64,000 nt of DNA, from the NCBI GenBank assembly GCA_964550345.1, contig CAZJYZ010000009.1, forward strand, positions 16,424 to 80,423, read 5' to 3'. The position numbers and the translations under genes were made by a program. The DNA comes from an uncultured Aliiroseovarius sp. GTDB taxonomy: Bacteria; Pseudomonadota; Alphaproteobacteria; Rhodobacterales; Rhodobacteraceae. The notes beneath the pieces were generated by a model that worked only from the letters and a program-made list of their open reading frames with translations, had not been told where the DNA came from and did no database searches. This document shows positions 46,521 through 55,080 of the stretch, piece by piece (the first letter of the stretch is position 1; each line of letters opens with the position of its first letter).

Positions 46521-47689
46521 GAACCGCTATGTTGCTACCCACCTACGAAGGTGCTTTAGAAGAATATGCGTTGTCCGGCACGCCGCTGATACCGCACGCG
46601 CCTAAAACTGCTTTCACCCGCACCGCCTTTGCCGCCGCGCATGTTGTGTCAGACCCGATGGCCGAACGCACACCGTGGCAGGGACGCCCGGCGGTGGACT
46701 GGGAAGCCACCCTGAAGTTTCGCCATATGTTGTGGGATCAGGGGCTGGGGCTGGCCGAGGCAATGGATACCGCCCAGCGCGGCATGGGTGTCGACTGGTT
46801 GACCGCGAAAGAATTGATCGAACGCACGATGAGTGCGGCCCGCGCGCACCCCTTGAAGCCACGCGTAGCCTGCGGTGCAGGCACTGATCAGGCTGATCCT
46901 ACCAGCCTGATCAGTGAAGAGGCCATCATCGCCGCCTATAGCGAACAGATGGAAGCGATCGAGGCTGCTGGCGGGCAGATCATCATCATGGCCAGCCGGG
47001 CGATGGCGACCCTTGGTGGTGGACCTGACCTATATGCGCGCGTCTACGGCAAACTTATTGAACAGGCTTCCCAACCGATTATCCTGCACTGGCTGGGCGA
47101 CATGTTTGACCCTGCCCTAAAGGGCTATTGGGGCGACGATGATCTGGATAAGGCGGCGGACAATGTGCTGGAGATTATCCAGACCCATGCAGCTAAGATC
47201 GACGGCATCAAAATCTCGCTTCTCGAACAATCGCGCGAAGAAGTCTTTCGCGCTCGTCTGCCGGAGAATGTGCGCCTTTATACCGGGGATGATTTTAACT
47301 ACGCCGCGCTGATCGAGGGGGATGGCACGCACTTTTCCCATGCTTTGCTGGGCATTTTTGCAGCGATTGCCCCGGCCGCAGCACAAGCGCTTGAGGCGCT
47401 GGCCATGGGAGATAGTAAAACCTATCACAACCTGCTTGCCCCCACTGTTCCTCTGTCGCGCGAAATTTTCAAAGCGCCGACGCTATATTACAAGGCTGGT
47501 ATTGCCTTTCTGTCCTGGCTGAACGGCACCCAGAAACACTTCATCATGCCCGCTGGTTTTCAGTCTTCGCGTGAGATCACACATTACGCCGAGATCTTTC
47601 GTCTGGCAGACGCGGCAGGCCTGTTATCCAACCCGGATCTGGCTCAGGAAAGAATGAGGCTGTTGCTTCGCCTTCATGGATTTGATTAG
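46517..47689 (+). CDS. Conserved hypothetical protein resembling the DUF993 family found in sugar/polyol catabolic clusters
   Basis: AAAHVVSDP...VDWEATLKFRHMLWDQGLGLAEAMDTAQRGMGVDW matches my recollection of DUF993. Not verified. 4-nt overlap with the GMC gene. Confidence 0.5.
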   Translation: MRTAMLLPTYEGALEEYALSGTPLIPHAPKTAFTRTAFAAAHVVSDPMAERTPWQGRPAVDWEATLKFRHMLWDQGLGLAEAMDTAQRGMGVDWLTAKELIERTMSAARAHPLKPRVACGAGTDQADPTSLISEEAIIAAYSEQMEAIEAAGGQIIIMASRAMATLGGGPDLYARVYGKLIEQASQPIILHWLGDMFDPALKGYWGDDDLDKAADNVLEIIQTHAAKIDGIKISLLEQSREEVFRARLPENVRLYTGDDFNYAALIEGDGTHFSHALLGIFAAIAPAAAQALEALAMGDSKTYHNLLAPTVPLSREIFKAPTLYYKAGIAFLSWLNGTQKHFIMPAGFQSSREITHYAEIFRLADAAGLLSNPDLAQERMRLLLRLHGFD

Positions 47690-47697
47690 AGAGGCCC

Positions 47698-48696
47698 ATG
47701 GTTAGACGTCCTACGATCATAGATGTGGCAAACAAGGCCGGGGTATCCAAATCCACCGTGTCCCTGGTGTTGCAAAACAGCCCGTCGGTGAAACTGGAAA
47801 CCCGTGAAAAAGTGCAGGAGGCCATCCGTGAAACCGGCTACGTCTATAACCGGGGTGCTGCCAATCTGCGTGGTGGGCCTGCCGGGCTTATTGGTCTGGT
47901 TATCAATGATCTGCGCAACCCGTACTATACTGAGCTGGCCGTAAGTACCCAGATGACTTTTTCAACACGTGGATACACAACGGTCGTTGCAAACTCGAAT
48001 GAAGACCCGAAAATTCAGGAAGAAGTCATCAGCTCTATGCTGGAACATGGCATCGATGCTTTGTTGATTGCCCCTTGCTACGGTGGCACAGGTGGGGATT
48101 TCGATCAGATCATCCGTACTGGCATCCCCGCGATTCAGGTGTTGAGACGTGGGGATAAACGCACTGAACAATTACCTTTTTGTTCGATGGACTACGAACG
48201 TGGCTCCTACCTGGCGGCTGAGCATCTTGTAGGGCAAGGCGCTAAAAAAATAGCCTTTGTCGGTGGTATCGAATCCTTTGACATCACGTCCGAACGAAAA
48301 AGCGGCTATCTGGAAAAGATGAGCGAGACCAAAAATAAACCACGCCTTTTCCATGGTGCTTCAAGCCGGGCCTTTGGCTATGAAATGGCGCTGGAAATAA
48401 CGAGCAAGCACCCGGAAATTGACGCAGTTATGGCGTTCAACGATCTGGTCGCCCTCGGTATGGTAGCAGGCTTTGCCGAAGCCGGTGTGAAACTGGGCCA
48501 AGATATGCGTCTTGTTGGGTTTGATGACATCGAAGAAGCGGCACAATCCTATCCCGGTCTGAGCACAGTCCATTGTGACGTGAACAGTTTTGGTTGCTGG
48601 ACTGCCGGACTCTTATTGAACTGGCTTGAAAATGGCGTGCATCCGGGTGTGCCCAAGCATATGCCGGTTGAACTTGTGGTCAGGGCGACAAGCTGA
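47698..48696 (+). CDS. LacI-family transcriptional regulator (second copy in the window)
   Basis: HTH PTIIDVANKAGVSKSTVSLVLQNS followed by a sugar-binding-type effector domain. Confidence 0.9.
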   Translation: MVRRPTIIDVANKAGVSKSTVSLVLQNSPSVKLETREKVQEAIRETGYVYNRGAANLRGGPAGLIGLVINDLRNPYYTELAVSTQMTFSTRGYTTVVANSNEDPKIQEEVISSMLEHGIDALLIAPCYGGTGGDFDQIIRTGIPAIQVLRRGDKRTEQLPFCSMDYERGSYLAAEHLVGQGAKKIAFVGGIESFDITSERKSGYLEKMSETKNKPRLFHGASSRAFGYEMALEITSKHPEIDAVMAFNDLVALGMVAGFAEAGVKLGQDMRLVGFDDIEEAAQSYPGLSTVHCDVNSFGCWTAGLLLNWLENGVHPGVPKHMPVELVVRATS

Positions 48697-48697
48697 G

Positions 48698-49975
48698 ATG
48701 GCTTTTGAAAACGAAACACCGGATGCTTTCTTGCGACGCCTGTTTGATGTGGCAGTCACCGTTGCTGACCCGATGCGGGTCATTCCCCAGATTTTACCCC
48801 CTAAACCCGCTGGGCGCGTTGTTGTCATAGGCGCCGGTAAGGCCTCGGCGCGCATGGCCGAGGCGGTGGAGAGTGTTTGGGGGCCATGTGACGGGCTGGT
48901 GATCACCAGATACGGGTATGCCCGACCCTGTGAGGGAATTGAAATCGTTGAAGCCGCACACCCGGTACCGGACGAGGCGGGCATGCATGCCACTACCCGG
49001 ATGCTTGAAATGCTGACTGGCCTTGGCGCGGATGATTACGTGCTGGCGCTGATCTCTGGCGGCGGGTCGGCATTGCTGAGCGCTCCGGCTGCCGGAATGT
49101 CATTGGCTGACAAGCAGGATGTGCACCGTGCGTTACTGAAATCCGGCGCTCCGATTGGTAAGATGAATGTTTTGCGCAAGCATTTGTCTCGGGTGAAAGG
49201 CGGGCAGCTGGCAGCAGCGGCCTACCCCGCCCGCATGCTGGCACTGTCAATCTCGGACGTCCCGGGCGACAAGTTGGGTGATATTGCGTCAGGTGCGACT
49301 GTCGGCGAAGAAACAAGCGTGCAGGACGCGCTTTCAATCGTCGATGAACACGCCATCCCTCTGCCTGCACGGGCCAAAGCTGCGCTGGCGGGCGGTTCAA
49401 CAACGATACCGCCCGGAGACCGCCGCCTGTCCACCACCGAAAACAAGATCATATCCGCCCCCTCGCAATCCTTGTCCGCCGCTGCCGGCATCGCTGAAAA
49501 CAATGGTCTGAAATTCACAATGCTGGGCGATGACATCGAAGGGGAAGCACGCGATGAAGGGACCCGGCAAGCACAGCTCGCCCTCAAAATTCAACGGGAA
49601 ATGCGCCCAGGTGACAAACCGGTGCTTGTGCTGTCAGGGGGCGAATGCACAGTAACGGGGCGCGGGGACGGAATTGGTGGCCCCAACGCCGAATTCGCCC
49701 TGGCTGCGGCGATCAGCCTGAATGGCCAGCCCGGCATTCACCTGATTGCCTGTGACACGGATGGGGTAGACGGCGCGGCTGAAATCGCCGGAGCCATAGT
49801 TCGGCCCGAGACACTGGCCAGTGCCAGTCAAAAAGGTCTCGATCCGCAAGAAGCTTTAGCACGAAATGATAGTCACAGCTTCTTCGCAGGGGTTGACGGG
49901 CAGGTTGTAACCGGCCCTACCCTGACAAATGTCAATGATTTCCGTGCCTTCCTGATTTATCCAACGGGAGAATAA
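48698..49975 (+). CDS. Glycerate 2-kinase / hydroxypyruvate-reductase-like protein (TtuD, MOFRL family)
   Basis: ATG at 48698 lies 1 nt after the lacI TGA. The track start at 48626 would overlap lacI. VVVIGAGKASARMAEAVE...VEAAHPVPDEAG and a C-terminal MOFRL-type region (SGGECTVT...GGPNAEF). Confidence 0.8.
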   Translation: MAFENETPDAFLRRLFDVAVTVADPMRVIPQILPPKPAGRVVVIGAGKASARMAEAVESVWGPCDGLVITRYGYARPCEGIEIVEAAHPVPDEAGMHATTRMLEMLTGLGADDYVLALISGGGSALLSAPAAGMSLADKQDVHRALLKSGAPIGKMNVLRKHLSRVKGGQLAAAAYPARMLALSISDVPGDKLGDIASGATVGEETSVQDALSIVDEHAIPLPARAKAALAGGSTTIPPGDRRLSTTENKIISAPSQSLSAAAGIAENNGLKFTMLGDDIEGEARDEGTRQAQLALKIQREMRPGDKPVLVLSGGECTVTGRGDGIGGPNAEFALAAAISLNGQPGIHLIACDTDGVDGAAEIAGAIVRPETLASASQKGLDPQEALARNDSHSFFAGVDGQVVTGPTLTNVNDFRAFLIYPTGE

Positions 49976-49976
49976 C

Positions 49977-50288
49977 ATGCTCAAACACTGCGTTTTTGTA
50001 AAATTCCGCGATGACACAGACCTGAAAAGCCGTGCAAGAGTTCTGGCAGGCTTTGGCGAGCTTGTGGACAAAGTTGATGGCATGCTTGCCTATGATTTTG
50101 GGCCAAATTTGGATTTTGAAAATAAATCACAGGACTACAGCGATGGCTTCATCGTTACTTTTCGCGATCGTGCGGCACATCTGGAATACGAAAACCACCC
50201 AAGGCACCAGGAGCTTGGGAAGGAACTGGTCAGCATGTGCAAGGGTGGGTATGCGGGCATCCTCGTGTTTGACCTGACGGTTACATGA
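49977..50288 (+). CDS. Dabb (stress-responsive alpha/beta-barrel) domain protein
   Basis: MLKHCVFVKFRDD...GFIVTFRDRAAHLEYENHPRHQE is a typical Dabb pattern. 103 aa. Confidence 0.75.
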   Translation: MLKHCVFVKFRDDTDLKSRARVLAGFGELVDKVDGMLAYDFGPNLDFENKSQDYSDGFIVTFRDRAAHLEYENHPRHQELGKELVSMCKGGYAGILVFDLTVT

Positions 50289-50761
50289 ATTGACGAAAAC
50301 GCTGCCATTTAGAAGTGCGAACCCGGTCGAACCAATGAGGCGATCAAGGCCAGTCGGAGACATTCGATCCGCATCAGCTTCAATAGCATGGCGAAAACTC
50401 CTAGTGAAAACTCACTACGTTATCAGCTCGGCCAATCATTTTTACTGGCGGCATCGATCCTTTTATGGTTGTTTGTAGTGGCAAGTAGTTCTACTTGGGG
50501 TGTGTGTGTTAGGTTTTGGGCATTCAAAGGCATCCATTGATAGGAAGTTTGCCGCTGTCAAACACCAGATTGGGTTAACCAATTCGCGCAAAGACAAGAC
50601 AAAGTCTCAATTGAGCCAAATGGACATTATCGGGATGCGGTTTTCAGCGGTGGGAAATGAATACGTATCCTCAAGACGCCGTTGGGTTGACAGAAGGTTG
50701 GCACTCGTTAGCTTGAAAGGAATTGAGGAAGATATTCACGAGCTAGCCAATCCCAGCAGCT

Positions 50762-51349
50762 TTAAGCCGTAATCTCCCATGGAAATGGGCCTGAATAGGT
50801 GAAAGGGCTATCAAACTCATTCAAATACGGTGGTATCATGTCTTTTTCTGACAAGATGGCGGGCCCTTCCAAACCCCAGTCAATGCCGATCCCCGGGTCA
50901 TCCCAACGGACGGCACCTTCGCATTCCGGGGCATATTGATCCGTGCATTTATAGACAACTTCCGTGTCCGGTTCTCGGGTAACATAGCCGTGCAAAAACC
51001 CTGCCGGGACAAGGAGCTGCCGTCCGTTCTCGAAACTCAACTCAACCCCTACCCAATGCCCGTAATTGGGACTGCCCTTGCGTATATCCACAGCCACATC
51101 AAGTATCCGGCCTCGTCCGCAACGCACTAGTTTGTCCTGTGCGTGGGGAGGGGCCTGGAAATGCAGGCCTCGCAATGTCCCGACTTCACTGGAAAGCGCC
51201 TGATTATCTTGAACAAAATCCAATGCGATACCATGTTCTTGCCAACGGGTGGAATTCCAGGTTTCACCAAAAAATCCCCTGTGGTCCCCAAAACGCTTTG
51301 GGGTGGCGATTACCACCCCCGGCAGGGTGGTTTGTGTAATTTTCAGCAT
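50762..51349 (-). CDS. rmlC: dTDP-4-dehydrorhamnose 3,5-epimerase (RmlC cupin)
   Basis: FGDHRGFFGETW, RGLHFQ and QDKLVRCGRGRILDVAVDIRKGSPNYG motifs. No rmlA/B/D genes nearby. Confidence 0.85.
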   Translation of the reverse strand: MLKITQTTLPGVVIATPKRFGDHRGFFGETWNSTRWQEHGIALDFVQDNQALSSEVGTLRGLHFQAPPHAQDKLVRCGRGRILDVAVDIRKGSPNYGHWVGVELSFENGRQLLVPAGFLHGYVTREPDTEVVYKCTDQYAPECEGAVRWDDPGIGIDWGLEGPAILSEKDMIPPYLNEFDSPFTYSGPFPWEITA

Positions 51350-51426
51350 GCCTGCCCTTTTCCTTTATTGTCCCTCTTCTTTTCCACACATTGTTGCAAG
51401 AAGGCAAGATATGGACCAAACGGGAT

Positions 51427-52134
51427 TCACTGAAAAGATCGGGGTCCCTTGAGCAACAACCATAATGCAAATGCCAGCTCGCCGATGGTTACGATGATTA
51501 GCAAACCAATGATCACAATTGAAAGCACGGTATTTTCAACATTCAGGATTTTGAAAACACCCTGCAAGCTATAACCGAAAGCACCTATCAGCATCGCCCA
51601 TCCCAAAAGGTGCGGGAAAATATTCGATTTGATAACCATGTAACCAATAGCCACGAGATGCATGCCAAAAAACAATTGCCAAACATAAATCCCAAACTCG
51701 TGCGCCGTTAAGAAAAGCATAATTGCAGCCTGTAATTGCGCTGGTTCAAGCGTGTTTTGATTATCAGCACTACCCAAAAGGGTGAGTGGCATGATGTTAA
51801 TCAGCAGGTTCACTGCCATCACCAAAACCATGGCAAACCTCGAATAGGCAGCGATTGTTGTCAGGGTTTTACTGATCGGTTTAAACATTACGTACAGCAA
51901 GGCGGTCAGGACGACTTCGACCAGCAAAACCACAATATCGGCAAATATGCCTGCCTTAAACAAAGTTAGATTTGCCGCGAGGTTGCTGGCTGAAACGCTT
52001 GCGTTGCCACTCTCAATTATGACCGAGGGTACATAGCCAATGGCGAAGGCGCCGAAAACTGCAATGACCAAGTACAACGTACCGGCAATTCGTGCGTATG
52101 ATTTGGGACTAATTTCAAAATGTTGACTGGTCAT
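51427..52134 (-). CDS. DUF4386-family membrane protein
   Basis: Start moved to the ATG at 52134, which has AGGAAA 7 nt upstream. SPKSYARIAGTLYLVIAVFGAFA is a typical N-terminus. Polytopic. Confidence 0.65.
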   Translation of the reverse strand: MTSQHFEISPKSYARIAGTLYLVIAVFGAFAIGYVPSVIIESGNASVSASNLAANLTLFKAGIFADIVVLLVEVVLTALLYVMFKPISKTLTTIAAYSRFAMVLVMAVNLLINIMPLTLLGSADNQNTLEPAQLQAAIMLFLTAHEFGIYVWQLFFGMHLVAIGYMVIKSNIFPHLLGWAMLIGAFGYSLQGVFKILNVENTVLSIVIIGLLIIVTIGELAFALWLLLKGPRSFQ

Positions 52135-52282
52135 GCCAATTTTCCTGTTGTTGCGCGCTGTTACTTGGGCGGTGTGTGAAGTTGCTTCGGATTTCAAAGG
52201 ATGAAGGTTGGTGTTCAACTCCTTGACAAAGAGGTAGCCTGGCCAAATCTACAAATAAATTGACCAATTATGCTGGTTTGAT

Positions 52283-53194
52283 ATGCGTATCTGCATGGAT
52301 TGGCGTGCCGTAAAATTTGACTGGAACAGAGCCCGGGCTTTCCTGGTGACCGCCGAGGAAGGATCACTGTCGGCAGCCGCCCGTGCATTGGGGCTGGCGC
52401 AACCCACGCTGGGGCGGCAGGTTGTTGCGTTGGAACAAGATTTGGGGATCGTTTTGTTTGAACGGGTGGGGCGTGGCCTGACGCTGACACCTGGCGGCTT
52501 GGAATTGTTGGAACATGTGCGGGCCATGGGGGATGCGGCAAACTTGGTTTCTCTGACAGCTGCCGGGCAATCACAATCCATCGAGGGCACAATATGCATT
52601 GCAGCAAGCGAGATTTATGCAACCAAGGTGCTGCCCCCGATCATAGCCGAACTGCGTAGGCTTGAACCCGGAATAAGTATTGAAATCGTCGCCTCGAACG
52701 CCCCCAGTGATTTGCGGCGACGCGAGGCGGACATCGCTATCCGCAATTTCCGCCCGGCTGAACCGGACCTGATCGCCAGAAAAATCGGCAACGTGCCGGC
52801 ACATCTTTATGCAACACCAGACTATATTCGTCACATCGGCAACCCGAGCCAAGTCGATGACCTTCACAAAGCTGAATTCATCAATATCGACCATCACGGC
52901 GGGATGATGAAGGGACTTGCAAGTATGGGGGTCAGCTTGACGAAAGCAAACTTTCCCGTGCTAACAGGAAGCTATCCGGTTATGTGGGAATTGGTGAAAC
53001 AGGGTGTAGGCATTGGCGTCCTTGACGGAAATATCGGGGATGCAGAACCATTGGTGGAACGGGTTCTACCCGATATGGAGCCGCTTATTTTTCCGATCTG
53101 GCTGGTGGCACATCGTGAATTGAATACATCACGCCGTATCAGAATGGTTTTTGATCTACTAGCTGATCGCCTGATCAAAATTTACTCAGCTTGA
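52283..53194 (+). CDS. LysR-family transcriptional regulator
   Basis: HTH FLVTAEEGSLSAAARALGLAQPTLGRQVVALE. An alternative ATG at 52295 is possible. Confidence 0.9.
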   Translation: MRICMDWRAVKFDWNRARAFLVTAEEGSLSAAARALGLAQPTLGRQVVALEQDLGIVLFERVGRGLTLTPGGLELLEHVRAMGDAANLVSLTAAGQSQSIEGTICIAASEIYATKVLPPIIAELRRLEPGISIEIVASNAPSDLRRREADIAIRNFRPAEPDLIARKIGNVPAHLYATPDYIRHIGNPSQVDDLHKAEFINIDHHGGMMKGLASMGVSLTKANFPVLTGSYPVMWELVKQGVGIGVLDGNIGDAEPLVERVLPDMEPLIFPIWLVAHRELNTSRRIRMVFDLLADRLIKIYSA

Positions 53195-53218
53195 AGCGTA
53201 AACCATGACTACTGCAAT

Positions 53219-54253
53219 TCACTCAAGCACTTCAGGGTAGCTAAACAGAGCGGGCAAACCACCAGTATGCAGCAACAGGATTTTTTGCCCTTTACTGATG
53301 ACTCCCCTTTTGAGGAGGTCAAGCAGACCTGCAAAGGTTTTGGCCGTGTAAACCGGGTCGAGGAGAACCCCTTCCTGACGGGCCATCAGGGTCAAAGCCT
53401 CGCGCGTGCTTTCGCCAACACGACCATAGCCAGGCGCAAGCACATTATCCCAGACATTTATGTCATCCATGGTGAGGGCAGGATCAATTTCCAGCATCCC
53501 GGCCAGCTTGCCAAGTACGGTTTCCATCCGCGCCTTTTGCTGGTCGCTGTCTCGGCGCACACAAATGCCGTGGACCGGAGCATTTTGACCTGCCAAACGC
53601 AGACCCGTCAAAAATCCGGCATGGGTAGCCCCACTACCCGAAGGTACAACGGCCATGTCGAAGTCATCCATTTGATGGTGTAACTCGGCAGCTCCGGCAA
53701 CATATCCCAGCGCGCCCAAGGGCGGATGGCCTAATCCCAGATGTATGACATAGGGTTTACGGCCTTCAGCCTGCAGTTGATCCGCACGGTCGTGAAGAGC
53801 ATTGTCGGCACCAGCCTCATCCTCGCCCTGAGGAAAACTCATATGCTCGGCCCCAAGAATACGGCCTAGAAAAACATTACCCGAGTTGTAATAAAGCGCG
53901 TCCATGTCCGGCACGCGTTCTTCCAGCTGCAAAACTGACTTCATCCCGAAACGCGTGGCCGCAGCGGCGGCAGAACGTACAAAATTAGACTGAACTGCGC
54001 CGGTTATCAGGATTGTATCGGCACCCTGTTCCAGAGCTTCTCCGAAATAGAATTCCAACTGACGTGTTTTGTTGCCACCAAAACTCAGACTGGTCAGATC
54101 ATCGCGTTTCATCCACAGGTCAATTCCCAACAGGTCAGACATACGCTCAAGCGGTTCAACCGGAGTTTCATGGGTCATTAGATCGGCGCGAGGAAAGCGT
54201 GCCAGCCTGTCGTTGATATTCATAATTCCGTCCATCCTCAGTATATGTGTCAT
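53219..54253 (-). CDS. PLP enzyme of the D-cysteine desulfhydrase/ACC deaminase family; candidate L-cysteate sulfo-lyase (CuyA-like)
   Basis: KRDDLTSLSFGGNKTRQLEF (PLP-Lys motif). ATGA start/stop overlap with the upstream TauE-family gene. Confidence 0.75.
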   Translation of the reverse strand: MTHILRMDGIMNINDRLARFPRADLMTHETPVEPLERMSDLLGIDLWMKRDDLTSLSFGGNKTRQLEFYFGEALEQGADTILITGAVQSNFVRSAAAAATRFGMKSVLQLEERVPDMDALYYNSGNVFLGRILGAEHMSFPQGEDEAGADNALHDRADQLQAEGRKPYVIHLGLGHPPLGALGYVAGAAELHHQMDDFDMAVVPSGSGATHAGFLTGLRLAGQNAPVHGICVRRDSDQQKARMETVLGKLAGMLEIDPALTMDDINVWDNVLAPGYGRVGESTREALTLMARQEGVLLDPVYTAKTFAGLLDLLKRGVISKGQKILLLHTGGLPALFSYPEVLE

Positions 54254-54978
54254 CCAATCTGCCAGGCGCGGCGGAAAAGGACGATGCAGGCAAGTAGTGA
54301 GATTACCAATATTGAATTAGTGATCGCCTTTTGTGGTAACATTGGCCCTATCCAGCGTCCCAAAACTGACCCGGCGAATGCTGCCAGTGTGAAATGTATT
54401 AGCCACGGGGCCCCTACAATCGCCCCCCAATCCGTCAGGCTGTGCAGCGCAAAGGCTGTACCGTAGGCGATCAGCGCAATCGGCTGCACCAGTTTGCGTG
54501 CTTCGCGCGCAGATCGCCCGATTGCCAGCAGGCCAAGCACCATCAAAGGCCCCGGTGTTGCCGCCCACACCGTCGCCAGACCGGACAAAGCCGACACCCC
54601 TTTGAACCCCGCCGGGCTAATATGGGAATCCCTTGGTAAAAAAGTGGAAATAACCCCTATCAGCAACAAGGAGGCCGTCAGGGCCAGAACAACCGGTTCA
54701 GATAAAAACGGATAGACCAGCAAACCCGCTGCGATCCCTGCAAGGCACCCCAGAATAGCGTTCCTAATCAACGTCTTATCCGCCTGCCAGACGCGTCTTT
54801 GGACCGCTAAGGCGGAAACCAGAGTATTCAGCATCAGCAAAACCGGAACGGCGGTTGACGTGCCAAGCAGCACCATCATCACAGGGGCCACCACAATGCT
54901 GAAACCGACGCCAACGCCGACCTGAATCAGAGCCCCTAAACCTATGGCAAGAAGCAAAATAATGAGGTCCGCGGGCAA
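54250..54978 (-). CDS. TauE/SafE-family (DUF81) anion exporter, putative sulfite exporter
   Basis: 242-aa polytopic protein with Gly-rich TMS typical of DUF81 (LGALIQVGVGVGFSIVVAPVMM). Confidence 0.7.
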   Translation of the reverse strand: MPADLIILLLAIGLGALIQVGVGVGFSIVVAPVMMVLLGTSTAVPVLLMLNTLVSALAVQRRVWQADKTLIRNAILGCLAGIAAGLLVYPFLSEPVVLALTASLLLIGVISTFLPRDSHISPAGFKGVSALSGLATVWAATPGPLMVLGLLAIGRSAREARKLVQPIALIAYGTAFALHSLTDWGAIVGAPWLIHFTLAAFAGSVLGRWIGPMLPQKAITNSILVISLLACIVLFRRAWQIG

Positions 54979-55080
54979 TCTGAAATCCTATCTGAATGTT
55001 TCCCGGGGACCCTAACACCACCAGTATTGAAACCAATTCTATTTGCGACATCGTATGTTTTTTAGTCAATTATCCGGGCC

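Noticed and set aside
48626-48697. Upstream extension of the glycerate-kinase ORF, overlapping the end of lacI by 71 nt.
   Set aside because: An ATG at 48698 immediately follows the lacI stop, and the family-typical N-terminus (MAFENETPDAFLRRLFD) begins there.
50500-50772. 90-aa plus-strand ORF in the low-GC gap, starting at a GTG.
   Set aside because: It has no RBS, it overlaps the rmlC stop, and its composition is unlike neighbouring genes. I treat it as non-coding pending evidence.
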